Source of the DNA: Parabacteroides goldsteinii
Lineage (GTDB): Bacteria > Bacillota_I > Bacilli_A > RFN20 > CAG-826
Direction: 5' to 3'
Length of the DNA: 45,158 nucleotides
Assembly: GCA_963632335.1 (NCBI GenBank)
Contig: CAVGUA010000081.1
Coordinates: forward strand, 12,131 to 57,288
In this document: positions 7,783 through 18,455 of the stretch, one piece after another
Layout: each line of letters opens with the position of its first letter
How positions within the stretch are numbered: position 1 is the first letter of the stretch
Notes under the pieces: generated by a model
Databases searched by the model: none
What the model was told of the DNA's origin: nothing
What the model saw: the letters and a program-made list of their open reading frames with translations, nothing else
Made by a program: the position numbers and the translations under genes

Positions 7783-8313
7783 ATGAACAAAGAAGTTTTA
7801 AAAGCGAAAACAGCAGTTGTTCAAGAGGTCTCTGAGAACGTCAAAGCATCTAATGCTTTCGTAGTTTGCGAATATAGCAAACTTACCGTCAAGGAAATCA
7901 GTCAACTTCGTAAGAATTTACGTAGTTTAGATGCCAAAGCAGTAGTCTATAAGAATACTCTCGTTACCCGTGCAATCGGTGAAGAATACGGAGAAGATCT
8001 TAAAGGTTTACTTACTGGTTCAAATATGTACTTCTTCTGTAAAGATGGTACAAATGGCAGTTTAAAAGCTATTCGTAAGTTCTCAAAACAAAACGATGGT
8101 TTGAAGATTAAAGGCGGTTTACTCGATGGAAAATATGCTACTGGTGAATACATCAGTGAAGTTGCTCAATTACCATCAAAAGAAGTGCTTATTTCTATGT
8201 TATTAAGCGTATTACAAGCACCAATGAGAAATCTTGCATACTCTCTTAGCGAAGTCGCTAAAAAAGCTCCAGCAAGTGCAGAAGCACCAACTGCTGAAGC
8301 AAGTGCAAACTAA
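7783..8313 (+). CDS. rplJ: 50S ribosomal protein L10
   Basis: 176 aa with RBS AGGAGG. Typical L10 N-terminus and synteny. Confidence 0.95.
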   Translation: MNKEVLKAKTAVVQEVSENVKASNAFVVCEYSKLTVKEISQLRKNLRSLDAKAVVYKNTLVTRAIGEEYGEDLKGLLTGSNMYFFCKDGTNGSLKAIRKFSKQNDGLKIKGGLLDGKYATGEYISEVAQLPSKEVLISMLLSVLQAPMRNLAYSLSEVAKKAPASAEAPTAEASAN

Positions 8314-8367
8314 TAATTTGCTAAAAAGTTAATTACATTAAGAAAGATACAAACGGAGGAAAATAAA

Positions 8368-8742
8368 ATGGCAAAATTAACAAAAGATGAAATCATTGCT
8401 TCAGTTGAAGAAATGAGTGTTGTTGAATTAAATGAATTAGTTAAAGCAATCGAAGAAAAATTCGGTGTCTCTGCTGCTGCTCCAGTTGCTGCTGGCCCAG
8501 CTCACGAAGAAGAAGAAGCTAAGAAAGGACCAAGCGAAGTCAGCTTAATCTTAAAAGCTCCTGGCGATAAGAAAGTTGCTGTTATTAAAGCAGTTCAAGC
8601 TATCACTGGTTTAGGCTTAATGGATGCTAAGAAATTAGTTGATGCTGCTCCAAGCCCAGTCAAAGAACACATTTCACCTGTTGAAGCTGAAGAACACAAG
8701 AAAGCTTTAGTTGAAGCTGGTGCTGAAGTCGAAATTAAATAG
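8368..8742 (+). CDS. rplL: 50S ribosomal protein L7/L12
   Basis: 124 aa with an Ala/Pro hinge and the C-terminal domain [19 protein letters not shown].... Confidence 0.95.
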   Translation: MAKLTKDEIIASVEEMSVVELNELVKAIEEKFGVSAAAPVAAGPAHEEEEAKKGPSEVSLILKAPGDKKVAVIKAVQAITGLGLMDAKKLVDAAPSPVKEHISPVEAEEHKKALVEAGAEVEIK

Positions 8743-8758
8743 TTTTTCGATAATTTTC

Positions 8759-8797
8759 AACCTGCCTTACCCTTATAGGGGTAGTGGCAGGTTTTTG
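8759..8797 (+). terminator. Rho-independent terminator/attenuator after rplL
   Basis: The outer stem AACCTGCC (8759-8766)/GGCAGGTT (8786-8793) continues into TACCC/GGGTA and is followed by a T run. It overlaps the spurious N-terminal extension of the track ORF that starts at 8784. Confidence 0.7.
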
Positions 8798-8816
8798 CCT
8801 ATTATTAAGGAGGGGT

Positions 8817-9407
8817 ATGAGTCATTATTTTTTACATGATGAAGGATTAAAAAATAGCGAATACGACGTTAATTTTTCTTTTAAGGAACATAATTTTCAT
8901 CTAGTAAGTAATAATGGCGTTTTTAGTAAAAAGAGAATTGATGAAGGATCCTTTATACTCATTAATTCACTTTTATCCCAACAAATAGAAGGCAATGTTT
9001 TAGATTTAGGATGTGGTTATGGACCAGTTGGCATAACACTCAAGTATTTCTTTAGAAATATAAATTTAGTTATGAGTGATGTGAATTCTAGTTGTATTGA
9101 ACTAGCCAATAAAAATTCACAAATGAACGGTATTGATGCAAGAGTGATTTTATCCGATGGTTTTAATAACTTAGATGATAGTTTTGATTGGATAGTTTTT
9201 AATCCACCAATTAGAGTTGGTAAGGAAAAGCTATTTGAAATATATAAAGATGCATGTTTGCATTTAAATCAAAACGGAAAGTTTGTAATTGTTATACGTA
9301 AAGATAAAGGGGCTCTTTCTCACGCTAAATATCTTGAAACTTTGTTTAAAAGTGTCGATTTAGTCGAGAGAAAAAGCGGATATTATGTATATGTTATGAA
9401 TAAGTAA
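8817..9407 (+). CDS. Class I SAM-dependent methyltransferase, RsmC/RlmG small-domain type (YbxB-like)
   Basis: ATG at 8817 follows AAGGAGGGG. SAM motif I is VLDLGCGYGPVG and the catalytic motif is FNPPI. The position between rplL and rpoB matches B. subtilis ybxB. Confidence 0.8.
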   Translation: MSHYFLHDEGLKNSEYDVNFSFKEHNFHLVSNNGVFSKKRIDEGSFILINSLLSQQIEGNVLDLGCGYGPVGITLKYFFRNINLVMSDVNSSCIELANKNSQMNGIDARVILSDGFNNLDDSFDWIVFNPPIRVGKEKLFEIYKDACLHLNQNGKFVIVIRKDKGALSHAKYLETLFKSVDLVERKSGYYVYVMNK

Positions 9408-9431
9408 TTTGTTTAAAAAGGAGCGAAATAA

Positions 9432-12400
9432 ATGATATCTTATAAAGATTATCCAAAAATTAATAATGATCGTATTAATTTTTCAAAGATTAGTGGTAAA
9501 TTACCTTTACCTTACCTTGTCGAAATTCAAACTGAATCCTATAAGAGCTTTTTAAGCAATGGTATTGATGAAGTTTTAAAAGATGTTTTCCCAATTAAAA
9601 ACTATGCGGAAACTCTTTCAATCAACTATAGATCTTTCCATTTAGAAAAACCTAAGTATACGTTTGAAGAATGTAAGAAAAGGGATTTAACATATAGTGC
9701 TCCACTTAAAGTGACACTTTCACTTGAAGATAGTCAATCAGGTGAAGTTAAAGAATCTGAAGTTTTCATGGGTGATGTTCCTATCATGACTGATTCTGGA
9801 ACATTTATTGTTAATGGTGCAGAAAGAGTTATTGTTAGTCAAATTGTTCGTTCCCCAGGTGCTTATTTAAGTAAAACCAACGATATTAAATCAGGTAAAG
9901 CAATTTATGAAGCTGATTTAATTCCAACTAGAGGAACTTGGTTACAATTTGAAAGCGATGCTAAAGACTTTTTGTGGGTTAGAATTGATCGTCAAAGAAA
10001 AATGCCTGCTACAGTCATTTTAAAAGCTTTAGGATTTGCTAATGAAAACGATATTATTAGTCTTTTTGGTGATAGAGAAACCATCAGAAATACATTGACT
10101 AAAGATGTTGAAATTAAATCTTCTTTAAATGCTTTAAAAGAAATTTTTAGAAAATTAAAACCTGGCGAACCAATCACTGATGATGGTGTTCACACTTTTT
10201 TATTCCAAAAATTCTTTGATTCAAAGCGTTATGATTTAGGAAGAGCCGGAAGATTTAAATATGCTAATAAATTAGGTATTTACAATCGTTTACCAGGTCG
10301 TGTTTTGGCTGAAAATTTAACCGATGAAAACGGTGAAATTAAATATAAAAAGGGTACATTACTTACAAAAGAAATGGTTGATGCTTTAAAGGATGAAGAA
10401 TTCTTTGAAAAAGGTGCCCATTTACACGAATTAACTGTCAATACAAAACTTGATGACCATAGTAGAGTTAATATTGTTAAAGTTTATGCTGATGAAAAAC
10501 GTGAAAAAGAATGTATCGTCATTGGAACTGATCTTAATTTGACAGTTGCAAGAGTTACCATTAGTGATATTGTTGCGATATTCTCGTACTTTATTAATTT
10601 AATGGATGGATTTGGTGATGTTGATGATATCGATCACTTAAGCAACCGTAGAATTCGTTGCGTTGGTGAACTTATTCAAACTCAATTTAGAATTGGTCTT
10701 ACCAAAATGGCTAAAAACGTTCAACAAAGAATGTCTACAACCGCTGGTATGGAAGTTAAGGAATTAACTCCTCAATCACTTGTTAATGTTAGACCTGTAA
10801 ATACTGCAATTCGTGAATTCTTTGCAAGTTCACAATTATCACAATTTATGGATCAAACCAACCCTCTTGCTGAACTTGCAAATAAACGTAGAATTTCAGC
10901 TTTAGGTCCAGGAGGTCTTACTCGTGATAGAGCAAGTATGGAAGTCCGTGATGTTCACTTTACTCACTATGGACGTATTTGTCCTATTGAAACTCCTGAA
11001 GGTCAAAACATTGGTTTAATTAATAACCTTGCTACATATGCAAAAGTTGATCAATATGGATTTATTAAAACTCCTTACAGAGTTATCGATAAAAAGACTG
11101 GAAAGATTTTAGAAGACACCATCTATCTTTCTGCTGATGAAGAAAATAACCATGTTATTGCACAAGCAACTCGTGATGATATTAAAAATGGCGAATTAAA
11201 TGGTGATAGAATCGTTGCTCGTTTCAATGGTAAAAACGTTTTAGCCGAGAGAGAATATGTTGATTTTATCGATGAATCTCCAATGCAAATTGTTTCTGTT
11301 GCTGCTGCATGTATTCCATTCCTTGAAAACGATGATAACACTCGTGCTCTTATGGGTGCTAACATGCAACGTCAAGCCTTACCATTACTTAGACCACATG
11401 CTCCATTTGTTGGAACAGGTCTTGAACATACTATTGCTCATGATTGTGGTTTAGCTTTAATTGCTGCTGGTGATGGAACTGTTACATATAAAGATGCAAA
11501 AACCATCAAAGTTCAAGAAAAAGATGGTGAAAGAACCTATGTTTTAACTAAATTTGAAGGAAGTAACCAAGGTACATGTATTAACCAAACTCCAATTGTT
11601 AAAAAAGGAGATAAAGTTAAAAAAGGACAAATTATTGCTGATGGTCCAAGTATGGAAAATGGTGACTTAGCTTTAGGTCAAAACGTTACAATTGCATTCA
11701 TGACTTTTGAAGGTTACAACTATGAAGATGCTGTCATTATGTCAGATAGACTTGTTAAAGATGACGTTTATACAACACTTCACATTGAATCTTATGAAGT
11801 TGAATGTAGAAATACAAAAAATGGTGAAGAATTAATTACCCCTGATGTTCCAAATACTTCTTTAGAAGCAAAATCACATCTTGATCCTCGTGGTATTGTT
11901 CTTCCAGGAACTGATGTTAAAGAAGGAGATATTTTAGTTGGTAAAGTTACCCCACGTGGTGCTACTGAACCATCTCCAGATCAAAAATTATTAGATGCTA
12001 TCTTTGGTGATAAATCAAAAGATGGTAAAGATACTTCACTTCGTGTACCTCATGGTGGTGCAGGAACTGTCTTAGATATTAAAGTTTTCACTAGAGCTGA
12101 TGGCGATGAACTTGCTCCAGATGTCAATATGAAAGTTAGAGTTTATATTGTTCAAAAGAGAAAGATCAGTGAAGGTGATAAGATGTCAGGAAGACACGGT
12201 AATAAGGGCGTTATTTCAAAGATTTTACCAGCTTGTGATATGCCATTTTTACCAGATGGAACCCCAGTTGATATTTTATTAAATCCACAAGGTGTTCCTT
12301 CACGTATGAATATTGGTCAAGTTCTTGAAGTCCATTTAGGTATGGCATGTAAAAAACTTGGCGGATTAAAAGTTGCAACTCCAGTTTTTGATGGAATTTC

Positions 12401-13061
12401 TAATGAAGAAATTTTACAAATGATGGATGAAGCAAAGATGCCAAAAGATGGCAAATACACCTTAATTGATGGAAGAACCGGCGAAAGATTTGATAGCCGT
12501 ATCAATGTTGGTGTTATGTATATGATTAAACTTGTTCACATGGTTGATGATAAGTTACACGCACGTGCTACTGGACCATATGCTATGGTTACTCAACAAC
12601 CTCTTGGTGGTAAAGCACAAAATGGTGGACAAAGATTTGGTGAAATGGAAGTTTGGGCCCTCGAAGCTTATGGCGCAGCTTACACTTTACAAGAAATGAT
12701 GACTATTAAATCAGATGATAGAGTTGGTAGAAAGAGAGCTTACGAAGCAATCGTTAAAGGTCAAAACTTACCAAAACCATCAATTCCAGAAGCTTTCAAA
12801 GTTTTCACGAAAGAACTCATGGGCTTATCAATGAATGTTGAACTTAGAGATAAGGATGGCAAGATCATTGATATGGATGATTTAGCAAGACAAACACAAA
12901 AAGAAGAACAACGTTCAATGCGTTCACTTCGTAACTTAGGTGAAAATAACTCTCAACTTGAAAAAGATTCTAGCGATGATGAAGTTGAAGAAGTTACTAC
13001 ACCTGAAACAGAAAAAGTCGAAGTTAGCGATCAGGAAACCGTTGATGAATTATTAGGATAG
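9432..13061 (+). CDS. rpoB: DNA-directed RNA polymerase subunit beta
   Basis: 1209 aa with unmistakable beta motifs (GRHGNKGVISKI, NPLGVPSRMNIGQ-like, GGQRFGEMEVWALEAYGA). It has an acidic C-terminal tail. Confidence 0.98.
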   Translation: MISYKDYPKINNDRINFSKISGKLPLPYLVEIQTESYKSFLSNGIDEVLKDVFPIKNYAETLSINYRSFHLEKPKYTFEECKKRDLTYSAPLKVTLSLEDSQSGEVKESEVFMGDVPIMTDSGTFIVNGAERVIVSQIVRSPGAYLSKTNDIKSGKAIYEADLIPTRGTWLQFESDAKDFLWVRIDRQRKMPATVILKALGFANENDIISLFGDRETIRNTLTKDVEIKSSLNALKEIFRKLKPGEPITDDGVHTFLFQKFFDSKRYDLGRAGRFKYANKLGIYNRLPGRVLAENLTDENGEIKYKKGTLLTKEMVDALKDEEFFEKGAHLHELTVNTKLDDHSRVNIVKVYADEKREKECIVIGTDLNLTVARVTISDIVAIFSYFINLMDGFGDVDDIDHLSNRRIRCVGELIQTQFRIGLTKMAKNVQQRMSTTAGMEVKELTPQSLVNVRPVNTAIREFFASSQLSQFMDQTNPLAELANKRRISALGPGGLTRDRASMEVRDVHFTHYGRICPIETPEGQNIGLINNLATYAKVDQYGFIKTPYRVIDKKTGKILEDTIYLSADEENNHVIAQATRDDIKNGELNGDRIVARFNGKNVLAEREYVDFIDESPMQIVSVAAACIPFLENDDNTRALMGANMQRQALPLLRPHAPFVGTGLEHTIAHDCGLALIAAGDGTVTYKDAKTIKVQEKDGERTYVLTKFEGSNQGTCINQTPIVKKGDKVKKGQIIADGPSMENGDLALGQNVTIAFMTFEGYNYEDAVIMSDRLVKDDVYTTLHIESYEVECRNTKNGEELITPDVPNTSLEAKSHLDPRGIVLPGTDVKEGDILVGKVTPRGATEPSPDQKLLDAIFGDKSKDGKDTSLRVPHGGAGTVLDIKVFTRADGDELAPDVNMKVRVYIVQKRKISEGDKMSGRHGNKGVISKILPACDMPFLPDGTPVDILLNPQGVPSRMNIGQVLEVHLGMACKKLGGLKVATPVFDGISNEEILQMMDEAKMPKDGKYTLIDGRTGERFDSRINVGVMYMIKLVHMVDDKLHARATGPYAMVTQQPLGGKAQNGGQRFGEMEVWALEAYGAAYTLQEMMTIKSDDRVGRKRAYEAIVKGQNLPKPSIPEAFKVFTKELMGLSMNVELRDKDGKIIDMDDLARQTQKEEQRSMRSLRNLGENNSQLEKDSSDDEVEEVTTPETEKVEVSDQETVDELLG

Positions 13062-13072
13062 GAGGATGACAT

Positions 13073-16000
13073 ATGTTTGATGTAAATAATTTAGCTAGTA
13101 TAAAAGTCGGACTTGCATCTCCTGAAAAAATAAGAGAATGGAGTCATGGTGAAGTTACAAAACCAGAGACTATAAATTATCGTTCACAAAAACCAGAAAT
13201 GGATGGCTTATTCTGCGAAAAGATATTTGGTCCTTCTAAGGATTATGAATGTCATTGCGGAAAATACAAAAAAGTTAGATATGCTGGTGTAGTTTGCGAA
13301 AAATGTGGTGTTGAAGTTATTTCAAAAGATGTCCGTAGAGAACGTATGGGTCACATCGAACTTGCAACTCCATGTTCACATATTTGGTATTTAAAAGGCA
13401 TTCCATCAAGAATGGGACTCGTTCTTGATATTGCTCCAAAACATCTTGAAGAAGTTGTTTATTTTACCGCTCATATTTGTATGAATCCAGGTTCATCTAA
13501 AACCTTATATTATAAAGAATTTTTAGATGATGAAATTGGAAGAGAAGTTTTTACAACTGCTATTAAAGAAATCCAAGAAAATTTGTTAGCGCAAGATTTA
13601 GGAGAATCAGTTGATTATGCTAAAGCTCAAGAGTTAATTACTCATCTTGAAAATAGACAAGAACCATTTGATTTCTTCGGTTGTGCAGAATATATCACTG
13701 ATCACACTGGAGCTGAATTTGGCGAAGGTGCTGAAGCAATTAAAAAATTACTTCATGAAGTTGATTTGCAAAAGGAATTTGATAAAGTCAGTGGAGAAAT
13801 TAAAGGTGCAAAAGGTCAAAAACTTACAAAGCTCACAAAGAGACTTGAAGTTTTAGATGCTTTCATTAAATCAGGAAATAAACCTGAATGGATGATTTTA
13901 GATGCCCTCCCAGTTATACCTCCAGATCTTAGACCAATGCTTCAACTTGATGGTGGAAGATTTGCTGCAAGTGATTTAAATGATTTATATAGACGTGTTA
14001 TTTCACGTAATAATCGTTTAAAGAGATTAATTGAAATGAATGCTCCATATGTTATTTTAATGAATGAAAAACGTATGGTTCAAGAAGCTGTTGATGCTTT
14101 AATTGATAATGGACGTCGTAATGGTAAACCTGTTACTGGTCCATCAGGAAGAGCCTTAAAATCATTAAGTGGTGGATTAAAAGGTAAACAAGGTAGATTT
14201 AGACAAAACTTACTTGGAAAACGTGTTGATTATTCTGGTCGTTCAGTTATTGCAATTGGACCAGATTTAAAGATGTATCAATGTGGTCTTCCACGCGAAA
14301 TGGCTATCAATTTACTTAGACCATTTATTGCTGCTATTTTAATTAAAGAAGGTAAATGTACATTACATCGTCAAGCCGATAAGAAAATTGATGCGAAAGA
14401 TGAAGATGTTTATGATGTAGTTGAAAAAATTATTTCTCAACATCCAGTCTTACTTAATCGTGCACCAACTCTTCATAGACTTGGTATTCAAGCATTCCAA
14501 CCAATTTTAGTTGATGGAAGAGCAATTCGTTTACATCCACTTGTTTGTACTGGATTTAATGCTGACTTTGATGGTGACCAAATGGCTGTTCACCTTCCAA
14601 TTTCTAAAGCTGCTCAAGAAGAGGCTTTACACTTAATGCTTGCAAGTAATAACATTCTTGCTCCAAAAGATGGAAAACCAATCGTTACTCCATCACAAGA
14701 TATTCTTATTGGTAACTACTATTTAACAATAGAAGAGAGCGCCAAAGATTTCTTAGATGAAGCCAAGAAATATAAAGCATTAGGCGATGAAGAAATGTAC
14801 GATCAATACGTTGCTTACAGCAAAATGGAAGGCAAAGTATTTAAAGATATTAACGAAGTTTATAAAGCTTACGATTTAAAGAAGATTCATTTACATACTC
14901 GTATCGCAATTCCAGGAAAAGAAATGAAAAAATCTGGATTTAGCGAAGAGATGAAAAATGGTTATTTAATTACAACTGTTGGTAAGATGATTTTCAATTT
15001 AGTTTTCCCAGCAGATTTCCCATATTTGAATTCTAATAGTGCGGAAAACTTAAAGGCTGATCAAGAGAGATTCTTTGTTAAAAAAGGAACTGATATTGCA
15101 GAATATGTTAAGAAACAACCTTTAAATTCTCCAACTAAAAAGAAAGATATTACTAATATTATTGATGAAGTCTTCCATAGATATGGAACTCAAAAAACAT
15201 CAGCTATTCTCGATAAATTAAAGGATAACGGATTTAGATTCTCAACAATTAGTGGTTTAACAATCGCAATTAGTGATATTAATGTTTTAGATCAAAAGAA
15301 AGATGTTATTAATTCTTCTGATAATGAAGTTGAAAAAGTTGAAGTATTATATAGAAGAGGTTATTTAACCGATAAAGAAAGACATGAAAAAGTAGTTTCT
15401 ATTTGGACAAAGTGCACAAATACAATTGCTGATTCTGTTGCTGATGCCTTAAATCAAGACAAACACAATCCATTATTTATTATGAGTGATAGTGGTGCTC
15501 GTGGTAGTAAATCTAACTTTACTCAATTAATGGGTATGCGTGGACTTATGGGTTCAACATCAGGTGAAACTATTGAAATTCCTGTTAAATCTTGTTTCCG
15601 TGAAGGTTTAAACGTTGCAGAATTCTTTACTGGTACACACGGTGCTCGTAAGGGTGGTGCTGATACTGCTTTAAAGACTGCTGACTCAGGTTACTTAACT
15701 CGTCGTTTAGTTGATGTCTCTCAGGACGTTATTATTAGAGAAGACGATTGCCATACTGATCATGGTTCATTCGTAAGTGATATTTATGATACTACCCAAA
15801 ATAGTTTAATTGTTTCACTTTATGATCGTTTAGTTGGTAGATTCTCATGCCACGATATAATTGATCCAAACAATGGAGTAGTTATTGTCGAAGCAAATAC
15901 TTTAATTGATGAAGTTTTGGCTAAGAAGATTGTTGATGCTGGTATTAAAAAGGTTGAAATTCGTTCCTTATTTGGTTGTCAAACTAAAGATGGCGTTTGC

Positions 16001-17017
16001 GTCCATTGCTATGGTCGTAACTTAGCTACTGGAAAACTTGTTCAAGTTGGTCAAGCAGTTGGTATTATGGCTGCTCAATCAATTGGTGAACCTGGTACTC
16101 AATTAACCATGCGTACATTCCACTCTGGTGGTGTTGCTGGTGGTGATATTACTCAAGGTCTCCCACGTGTCCAAGAACTTTTCGAAGCTCGTACTCCAAA
16201 AGGTGAAGCTACAATCTCAGAAATTTCAGGTAAGGTTAGTGAAATCGTTGAAAAAGAAGGTGTTTCTACAATTACCATTAAGAACGAACTTGAAGAAAAA
16301 GAATATACCACTAACTTTGGCGCAAGAGTCAGAGTTAAGAAAGGTGATTCCGTTTCAAATGGTGATATGTTGACAGAAGGTGCAATTAAGCCTTCAAAAT
16401 TACTTGAAGTTAGTGATGTTTCGCACGTTCAACAATATATTATTAAGGAAGTTCAAAAAGTTTATCGTAGCCAAGGTATTGGTATTTCAGATAAGCACAT
16501 TGAAGTTATTGTTAGACAAATGCTTCGTAAGATGGTTGTTATCGATAAAGGTGATACTGATTTAATCACTGGAACTCGTGTTTCACTCAATGCATTTAAT
16601 GAAGCTAATGAAAAAGTTTTACTTGAAGGAAAACGTCCAGCAGTTGCAACTCCATTAATTTTAGGTATTACTAAAGCTGCTCTTGAAACAGATAGTTTCT
16701 TAAGCGCTGCATCATTCCAAGAAACAACTCGTGTTCTTACAGATGCTGCAATTAAAGGAAAGACCGATCCACTCCATGGTTTAAAAGAAAACGTTATTAC
16801 TGGTAAGTTAATTCCAGCTGGTAATGGTTTAAAGACTGACCAAGAAGAAAGAGAAATCTTGAAACACTTCGATGTCTTAGATACTATGAAGGATGTTAAG
16901 AAACAATATATCGGTATCCATGATAGTGAACACTCACTTGATGATGACAATGCTCAATATCGTGATGAAGAAAGCTTAATGACTGAAGATCAATATAATT
17001 ATTCACACAATAATTAA
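13073..17017 (+). CDS. rpoC: DNA-directed RNA polymerase subunit beta'
   Basis: 1314 aa with the zinc finger [18 protein letters not shown] and the catalytic [12 protein letters not shown]. It has an extended C-terminal tail. Confidence 0.98.
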   Translation: MFDVNNLASIKVGLASPEKIREWSHGEVTKPETINYRSQKPEMDGLFCEKIFGPSKDYECHCGKYKKVRYAGVVCEKCGVEVISKDVRRERMGHIELATPCSHIWYLKGIPSRMGLVLDIAPKHLEEVVYFTAHICMNPGSSKTLYYKEFLDDEIGREVFTTAIKEIQENLLAQDLGESVDYAKAQELITHLENRQEPFDFFGCAEYITDHTGAEFGEGAEAIKKLLHEVDLQKEFDKVSGEIKGAKGQKLTKLTKRLEVLDAFIKSGNKPEWMILDALPVIPPDLRPMLQLDGGRFAASDLNDLYRRVISRNNRLKRLIEMNAPYVILMNEKRMVQEAVDALIDNGRRNGKPVTGPSGRALKSLSGGLKGKQGRFRQNLLGKRVDYSGRSVIAIGPDLKMYQCGLPREMAINLLRPFIAAILIKEGKCTLHRQADKKIDAKDEDVYDVVEKIISQHPVLLNRAPTLHRLGIQAFQPILVDGRAIRLHPLVCTGFNADFDGDQMAVHLPISKAAQEEALHLMLASNNILAPKDGKPIVTPSQDILIGNYYLTIEESAKDFLDEAKKYKALGDEEMYDQYVAYSKMEGKVFKDINEVYKAYDLKKIHLHTRIAIPGKEMKKSGFSEEMKNGYLITTVGKMIFNLVFPADFPYLNSNSAENLKADQERFFVKKGTDIAEYVKKQPLNSPTKKKDITNIIDEVFHRYGTQKTSAILDKLKDNGFRFSTISGLTIAISDINVLDQKKDVINSSDNEVEKVEVLYRRGYLTDKERHEKVVSIWTKCTNTIADSVADALNQDKHNPLFIMSDSGARGSKSNFTQLMGMRGLMGSTSGETIEIPVKSCFREGLNVAEFFTGTHGARKGGADTALKTADSGYLTRRLVDVSQDVIIREDDCHTDHGSFVSDIYDTTQNSLIVSLYDRLVGRFSCHDIIDPNNGVVIVEANTLIDEVLAKKIVDAGIKKVEIRSLFGCQTKDGVCVHCYGRNLATGKLVQVGQAVGIMAAQSIGEPGTQLTMRTFHSGGVAGGDITQGLPRVQELFEARTPKGEATISEISGKVSEIVEKEGVSTITIKNELEEKEYTTNFGARVRVKKGDSVSNGDMLTEGAIKPSKLLEVSDVSHVQQYIIKEVQKVYRSQGIGISDKHIEVIVRQMLRKMVVIDKGDTDLITGTRVSLNAFNEANEKVLLEGKRPAVATPLILGITKAALETDSFLSAASFQETTRVLTDAAIKGKTDPLHGLKENVITGKLIPAGNGLKTDQEEREILKHFDVLDTMKDVKKQYIGIHDSEHSLDDDNAQYRDEESLMTEDQYNYSHNN

Positions 17018-17029
17018 TAGATGATTAAT

Positions 17030-17061
17030 AAAAGCCTAGGGATGAAAGTTCTTAGGCTTTT
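17030..17061 (+). terminator. Terminator-like hairpin after rpoC
   Basis: AAAAGCCTA (17030-17038) pairs with TAGGCTTTT (17053-17061) around a 14-nt loop. The T run is part of the stem. Confidence 0.5.
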
Positions 17062-17252
17062 AAAGTGGATTTTGAAATTAATAGCGCTTATATATTTGTA
17101 GACGTTGCATCGAGCAGTGGCATTATTTTTGTCACGTATAATTAAAGATGGTTTTTAGAGATATTTTTTAACATCTTTTATTAGCGTTTGAAGTATTTAT
17201 AAGTGTAAACGCTTTTTCAACATCGACAAACCATTTTAGGAGACCAGTTGCA

Positions 17253-17359
17253 GTAAAAATCATTCATGAAAATCGACTTTTATTTGGTGGTTCTTTTTGT
17301 GTCGTAAATGGTTCGTAAAAAATTGTAATAGAAAATGCTTTTTCATGAATGATTTTTAC
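17253..17359. repeat. Perfect 20-bp inverted repeat with a 67-nt spacer in the rpoC-rpsL gap
   Basis: GTAAAAATCATTCATGAAAA (17253-17272) is the exact reverse complement of TTTTCATGAATGATTTTTAC (17340-17359). Each arm is followed by a similar direct-repeat segment: AAATCGACTTTTATTTGGTGGTTC (17270-17293) and AAATCGTGCTTTTTGTTATTTATGGTTC (17366-17393). Confidence 0.85.
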
Positions 17360-17430
17360 ATGATTAAATCGTGCTTTTTGTTATTTATGGTTCACTGATA
17401 TCGTTGTCATATAAAATGTGTAATTTTTTG

Positions 17431-17460
17431 TTGACTTATGATACCCATTTTGAGTAGAAT
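17431..17460 (+). promoter_or_regulatory. Candidate str-operon promoter
   Basis: TTGACT (17431-17436), 18-nt spacer, TAGAAT (17455-17460). It lies about 87 nt upstream of the rpsL ATG. Confidence 0.45.
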
Positions 17461-17547
17461 ATTAACGCTGAATGAAGCGATTTTTTAATCGAATATTTAG
17501 ATACACCGGGAATCGTGTGTATAAGAGAAGGAAAAAGGAGAAAAAGA

Positions 17548-17967
17548 ATGCCAACTATTAATCAATTAGTTAGAGAAGGCAGGAAAACCCCTGTCGTCAA
17601 ATCTAAGGCACCAGCACTTTTAAAGAGATTTAATTCATTAAAGAAACATGAAACAAATCAAAATAGTGCTCAAAAAAGAGGCGTTTGTACCCGTGTCGGC
17701 ACAATGACCCCTAAGAAACCAAACTCAGCTTTACGTAAGTACGCTCGTGTTAAGCTCAGTAATGGTTATGAAGTCACTGCTTATATTGGTGGTGAAGGAC
17801 ACAATTTACAAGAACACAGTACTGTTATGATCCGTGGCGGTAGAGTTAAGGATTTACCAGGTGTTCGTTATCACATCATTAGAGGATGTCTTGATTGCGC
17901 AGGTATTGAAGCCCGTAGACAAGGTCGTTCTTTATATGGAACAAAGAAACCAAAAGCGGAGGAATAG
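17548..17967 (+). CDS. rpsL: 30S ribosomal protein S12
   Basis: ATG at 17548 follows AAGGAG. MPTINQL..G is the canonical S12 N-terminus, so the track's extension from 17515 is spurious. It contains KKPNSALRK and the [14 protein letters not shown] segment. Confidence 0.97.
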   Translation: MPTINQLVREGRKTPVVKSKAPALLKRFNSLKKHETNQNSAQKRGVCTRVGTMTPKKPNSALRKYARVKLSNGYEVTAYIGGEGHNLQEHSTVMIRGGRVKDLPGVRYHIIRGCLDCAGIEARRQGRSLYGTKKPKAEE

Positions 17968-17970
17968 TTT

Positions 17971-18441
17971 ATGCCAAGAAAAGGTAGTGTAAGTAAACGT
18001 GATGTTTTACCAGATCCAATTTATAATTCAAAGTTAGTTACTCGTTTAATTAACAAGATTATGTTAGATGGTAAAAAAGGTACCGCTGAAGAAATTTTAT
18101 ATGGTGCTTTTGAAATTATTGAACAAAAAACAGGAAAACCTGCAAATGATGTTTTCTCAACTGCAGTTAATAACATCATGCCAGATGTTGAATTAAAGGC
18201 CAAACGTATTGGTGCTGCAAACTATCAAGTCCCAACTGAAGTTTCACCAGAACGTAAAGTCACTTTATGCTTAAGATGGTTAGTTAATTATTCAAGATTA
18301 AGAAAAGAAAAATCAATGAAAGAAAAATTAGCTAATGAAATCATTGATGCAGCAAATAACACTGGTGCAAGTATTAAGAAGAAAGAAGATACAATTAGAA
18401 TGGCAGAAGCTAATAAAGCTTATGCACACTATAAGTGGTAA
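17971..18441 (+). CDS. rpsG: 30S ribosomal protein S7
   Basis: 156 aa starting MPRKG.V.KR.VLPDP.Y.S. The RBS GGAGG lies inside the rpsL 3' end. Confidence 0.97.
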   Translation: MPRKGSVSKRDVLPDPIYNSKLVTRLINKIMLDGKKGTAEEILYGAFEIIEQKTGKPANDVFSTAVNNIMPDVELKAKRIGAANYQVPTEVSPERKVTLCLRWLVNYSRLRKEKSMKEKLANEIIDAANNTGASIKKKEDTIRMAEANKAYAHYKW

Positions 18442-18455
18442 TTTAGGAGAAATTT

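Noticed and set aside
8784-8816. N-terminal extensions proposed by the ORF track. The example shown is 8784. Others are at 445, 17515, 26585, 38277, 39727 and 44943.
   Set aside because: The extensions run through terminators, RBSs or neighbouring genes. Canonical N-termini and SD sequences support the downstream starts at 8817, 487, 17548, 26663, 38301 and 44928. For rimO, 39754 versus 39727 remains less certain.
17062-17430. Possible remnant of ybxF (L7Ae) or another decayed gene in the rpoC-rpsL spacer
   Set aside because: Hand translation of the longer open stretches on both strands gave only peptides of 9-29 aa, for example a minus-strand 28-aa ORF between the inverted-repeat arms. None resembled L7Ae and none had an SD sequence.
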